NCBI GenBank assembly: GCA_050872145.1
Contig: JBNMGG010000005.1
Location: 12,140-76,139, forward strand
DNA from: Candidatus Enteromonas sp.
Lineage (GTDB): Bacteria > Bacillota_I > Bacilli_A > RFN20 > CAG-826
DNA: 64,000 nt
Reading direction: 5' to 3'
The notes beneath the pieces were generated by a model, which did no database searches, was not told the origin of the DNA, and saw only the letters and a list, made by a program, of their open reading frames with translations. Positions within the stretch are counted from its first letter, which is position 1, and the number at the start of each line of letters is the position of its first letter. A program made the position numbers and the translations under genes. Below are positions 61,005-64,000 of the stretch, piece after piece.

Positions 61005-61901
61005 ATGGGAGTTAGCGTATTCACCGATGCCGGGAGCAATCTGTTCTCCTCTTACTTGAAGGAGAACGGCCTCTCCATTTACGTTCTGCCGATGCCTCTT
61101 CAGATCGGCGGGGAGAACTATCTTTGCTACGAAGACAACGTCGACGCCGAGAAACTGTCCGAGCACGTCTATGCCGAAATGAAGCAAGGGAAGGCCGTGA
61201 AGACCTCCTTGCCGAGCCCCGGGCTTTTGGAAGAGAAAGCCCGCGAGGAAATCGAAAAGGGCAACAAGGTTGTCTTTATCTCCCTCTCCAGCGGCATCTC
61301 CGGATCCTGCCAAAGCGGGAAGCTGATTGCTTCGAGCCTCAATGAGGAAAAGGGACAGGACGTGATGGCCACGATCGATTCCAAGACCGCCGGATTCGGG
61401 GAAGGGATGATCGCCATTTACGCCGAAAAGCTCGCAAAAGCGGGTCTTCCTTTCGAAGAAATTGTTGCAAAAACAACGGATTACGTCGAACGCATCCGAA
61501 GCGAATTCACCGTCGACAGCCTGAAGTATTTGGCCGCGACGGGCAGAATTTCCAACCTCAAAGCCGTCTTGGCCGGCGCTTTGATGATCAAACCTCTGCT
61601 CTATGGTTCGGAAGAAGGGAAAATCGTCGTCACTTCCAAAGCCGTTGGGCGCAAAGCCGCCATCAAACGCCTCGTTCAGCAAGTCGCCGACAACATCGAA
61701 GACAAAGCCTCGAAAGTCTACATAACCCACGCTGCGGCGAAGGAAGAGGCCGAGTCGATGAAGGAGGCGTTGAAGGAAAAAGGCATCGAGAACGTCGAAA
61801 TCACCTTCTACGACCTCATCACGGGAGCCCATGTCGGCCCCGGCACCTTGGCGGTTTTCTACGAAGGCAAAAACCGCGAGGTGAAGCGCTCTTTGCTCTG
61901 A
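61005..61901 (+). CDS. DegV family fatty-acid-binding protein
   Basis: The ATG at 61005 follows AAGGAGG. VFTDAGSNL...LPMPLQIGGENYLCYED, TSLPSPG and ISLSSGISGSCQS are the typical DegV layout. Confidence 0.85.
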   Translation: MGVSVFTDAGSNLFSSYLKENGLSIYVLPMPLQIGGENYLCYEDNVDAEKLSEHVYAEMKQGKAVKTSLPSPGLLEEKAREEIEKGNKVVFISLSSGISGSCQSGKLIASSLNEEKGQDVMATIDSKTAGFGEGMIAIYAEKLAKAGLPFEEIVAKTTDYVERIRSEFTVDSLKYLAATGRISNLKAVLAGALMIKPLLYGSEEGKIVVTSKAVGRKAAIKRLVQQVADNIEDKASKVYITHAAAKEEAESMKEALKEKGIENVEITFYDLITGAHVGPGTLAVFYEGKNREVKRSLL

Positions 61902-61922
61902 GGCTTTCCTTTCGTTCAATTT

Positions 61923-61945
61923 GGGGCGTCATCCGCCCCTTTTTT
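61923..61945 (+). terminator. terminator after degV-family gene
   Basis: GGGGCG-TCATC-CGCCCC followed by TTTTTT. Confidence 0.75.
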
Positions 61946-62035
61946 GTCGTTTTTGAAGCGGGCAAAAAGTTTCTTTCTAACCCTCGAGTTGCTATACTCT
62001 TTTTTGGAGATGGCCTTTAGGCCAAGATTCCCGCT

Positions 62036-62857
62036 ATGAATTGCCCCTTCTTCGAAATCAATCTTCCTGTCAATTACCTTTCCCTGATATTCATCCTCCT
62101 CCTTTTCGGAGTCATGGATTTCGCCTTTTGGTTCCTTTTCCGCCGCCTGGTAGCCAAAATCGTCCTTTATTCCACCCAGATCACCGCGCTTCTGCTTTGG
62201 GGGTTCGGCCTCTCCCTCCCAGCAATCCTTTGCTTCATCGCCTTGGGGATCGAAGCGATCGTCCTTTTCTTGGCCAACCCCAATGAGAACCGCGATTTGA
62301 TTTCCAACAACATGACGGGCAAAGCCTCGAAGTTCAAATGGTTCAAACGTCAGAAAAACGGGCCCGAGGCTCTCTTCGATCGGGATGCGGTGTACCGCAA
62401 AGTCGAAACCGCCGTCATCTCCATGAGCAAGAAGAAAGTCGGCGCCATCATCACCTTCGAGAAAAAAGATTCCCTGGATGAGGTCATGAAATCGGGAACC
62501 CGCATCGACGCCCCGGTTTCCGCCGAATTGCTGGAAACGATTTTCTACCCCGGAACCCGCCTCCACGATGGAGCGGTCATTATCCGCAACGACACGATCG
62601 TCGCCGCCAGCGTCTATTACACCCCGACCACCCGTCCGCTCACGGGCAAATTCGGATCCCGGCACCGCGCCGCCATCGGCATCAGCGAAACCACCGATTC
62701 GGTCACGGTCGTCGTCTCCGAAGAGACCGGCCGCATTTCCATCGCTCACGAAGGCGAGCTCCGCACAGTAGGGCCCGATGAGTTCTTCTCCACCTTCGAG
62801 GATTACATGGCCCTCGTCGAAGCCCCCCACGAGAAAAAAGAAGAAACCAACAATTAG
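62036..62857 (+). CDS. cdaA: diadenylate cyclase CdaA (membrane-anchored DAC domain)
   Basis: Three N-terminal TMs, then GAIITFEKKDSLDEV, LHDGAVIIRNDTIVAA, GSRHRAAIGISETTDSVTVVVSEETG (the DGA and RHR motifs). Confidence 0.9.
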   Translation: MNCPFFEINLPVNYLSLIFILLLFGVMDFAFWFLFRRLVAKIVLYSTQITALLLWGFGLSLPAILCFIALGIEAIVLFLANPNENRDLISNNMTGKASKFKWFKRQKNGPEALFDRDAVYRKVETAVISMSKKKVGAIITFEKKDSLDEVMKSGTRIDAPVSAELLETIFYPGTRLHDGAVIIRNDTIVAASVYYTPTTRPLTGKFGSRHRAAIGISETTDSVTVVVSEETGRISIAHEGELRTVGPDEFFSTFEDYMALVEAPHEKKEETNN

Positions 62858-62868
62858 GAGGATATTTT

Positions 62869-63585
62869 ATGCCGACACCCCACATTTCCGCCCAGAAAGG
62901 CGATTTCGCCAAACTCGTTTTGATGCCCGGAGACCCGCTCCGCGCGAAGATGATCGCCGACAATTTCCTCGTCGATGCCAAACTCGTCACCAGCGTCCGC
63001 AACGTCTATGGCTATACGGGCAAAACCAAAAACGGAACCCTGATTTCGGTCATGGCTTCCGGCATGGGGCAGCCGAGCCTTGGTATTTATGCCAATGAAC
63101 TCTTCTCCCAGTATGGCGTCGAGGCCATCATCCGCATCGGCACCTGCGGCACTTACCAAAAAGAGTGCGCGGTCGGCGACATCATCCTTGCCCAAGCCAG
63201 CTGCACCGATTCCAACTGGATGGGGGAGTACGACCTCCACGGCGGCGTCTATAGCGGCATCGCCGATTTCCCTTTGCTCCTTTCCGCCTACGAAGAAGGG
63301 AAGAAACTCGGCAAAAAGATCCACGTTGGGAACGTCCTCGCCGCCGATCACTTCTATTGCAAAGACCCCGACGAATGGAAAAAATGGGCGCAACTTGGCG
63401 TCCTCGGCGTCGAAATGGAAAGCTACGCCCTTTATTGCATCGCCGCGAAATACCACAAAAAGGCTTTGACGATTTTGACGGTTTCCGACTCGTTCTTAGG
63501 CGCGGAGGCCATGACCTCGGAAGAAAGGCAGAAGAACCTCACCGATATGATCGAAACCGCCATCGCCGTCGCCGATCATTTCTAA
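62869..63585 (+). CDS. deoD: purine nucleoside phosphorylase, DeoD type
   Basis: MPTPHISAQKGDFAKLVLMPGDPLRAKMIA..VRNVYGYTG..SGMGQPSLGIYANEL..GVEMESYALY. Confidence 0.95.
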   Translation: MPTPHISAQKGDFAKLVLMPGDPLRAKMIADNFLVDAKLVTSVRNVYGYTGKTKNGTLISVMASGMGQPSLGIYANELFSQYGVEAIIRIGTCGTYQKECAVGDIILAQASCTDSNWMGEYDLHGGVYSGIADFPLLLSAYEEGKKLGKKIHVGNVLAADHFYCKDPDEWKKWAQLGVLGVEMESYALYCIAAKYHKKALTILTVSDSFLGAEAMTSEERQKNLTDMIETAIAVADHF

Positions 63586-63586
63586 A

Positions 63587-64000
63587 ATGGCCTATCCCGT
63601 TGAGCTTTGCTTATTCATCGTTTGCGCCATCTTCGTCGGTGCGGTTTTCCTGATTCTTTTCTTCGGCCCAATCGTGAAGCGATTCCTTTATCGGAAAAGA
63701 ACGATCCAGATGTATTACAAAAGGATCTATAAAGTCGCCTTGGACCAGGATTTCTATTTGATCAACTCTTTCTCCAACAAAACCGCGGACGAAGAGGAAT
63801 TCCACATCGATCACATCCTCATCGGCGACAAATTCATCTACTGCATCCGCGACCGTTACTACGAAGGGGCCATCAAAGCCAAGGAAAACGATCCGAGCTG
63901 GGTCTATTACTCCAAGAAGAACAAAGCCGGAACCGTTATCCAAAATCCTCTGCGGATCAACGAGATCCGCGTTCAGAGGATGTCTTTGATGTCTGGGCTC
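63587..64000 (+). CDS. NERD-domain membrane-anchored protein, 3' end outside window (not in ORF track)
   Basis: My own translation from the ATG at 63587 is MAYPVELCLFIVCAIFVGAVFLILFF (TM) ... EEFHIDHILIGDKFIYCIRDRYYEGAIKAKENDPSWVYY. This is the NERD pattern (H.DH..I....I..IE.K). The frame is open to the end of the window. Confidence 0.6.
   Translation, partial: MAYPVELCLFIVCAIFVGAVFLILFFGPIVKRFLYRKRTIQMYYKRIYKVALDQDFYLINSFSNKTADEEEFHIDHILIGDKFIYCIRDRYYEGAIKAKENDPSWVYYSKKNKAGTVIQNPLRINEIRVQRMSLMSGL

Noticed and set aside
1-64000. CRISPR arrays, rRNA genes, an intact transposase or integrase, prophage genes and toxin-antitoxin pairs.
   Set aside because: I found no regularly spaced direct repeats and no recognisable signatures for these on either strand during manual reading. 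The only mobile-element trace is the short IS3-like relic at 27094-27300.

Overview
All calls below come from reading the sequence and the ORF translations by eye. No database, HMM or covariance-model search was run.

This is a 64-kb chromosomal segment from what looks like a Firmicutes-type bacterium of moderate GC. Supporting signs are lipoprotein signal peptides, PhoP-box-like and cre-like operators, DegV, CdaA and an ECF FolT. Most of the window is tightly packed housekeeping:
- a complete pstS-pstC-pstA-pstB-phoU-phoP-phoR operon on the minus strand, with three 11-bp-phased TTTACA-type boxes upstream;
- pflB-pflA;
- a concentration of nucleotide-salvage genes: prs, an NCS2 uracil/xanthine-type permease, apt, a purine permease behind a guanine-class riboswitch, upp, hpt, a guaB that lacks the CBS/Bateman insert, guaA and deoD;
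- a THF riboswitch in front of folT, and trpS, rarA, cdaA;
- three single tRNA genes (Thr-CGT, Val-GAC, Gly-CCC).

Parts worth a second look:
1. 50.8-56.1 kb: a three-gene, overlapping MukFEB/JetABC-like SMC cluster with no JetD/MksG nuclease gene.
2. 47.6-50.3 kb: a translationally coupled four-gene cassette with no family I can recognise. It lies tail-to-tail with a MazG-like gene next to that cluster.
3. 25.6-31.0 kb: a decaying region. It holds two diverged copies of a nitroreductase/FtsX-permease junction decayed reciprocally, an IS3-like orfA remnant, two FtsX-like permease genes that each need a frameshift (one in an A8 run), and a 0.7-kb AT-rich ORF-free stretch.
4. 9.9-10.1 kb: a roughly 230-nt GC-rich, ORF-free, visibly structured segment between a TATAAT box and a terminator-like hairpin, of no class I can name.
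5. 1.1-1.26 kb: a symmetric array of AACATTAC motifs upstream of an AlbA_2/Schlafen-type regulator gene.

No CRISPR array, intact transposase or integrase was seen.
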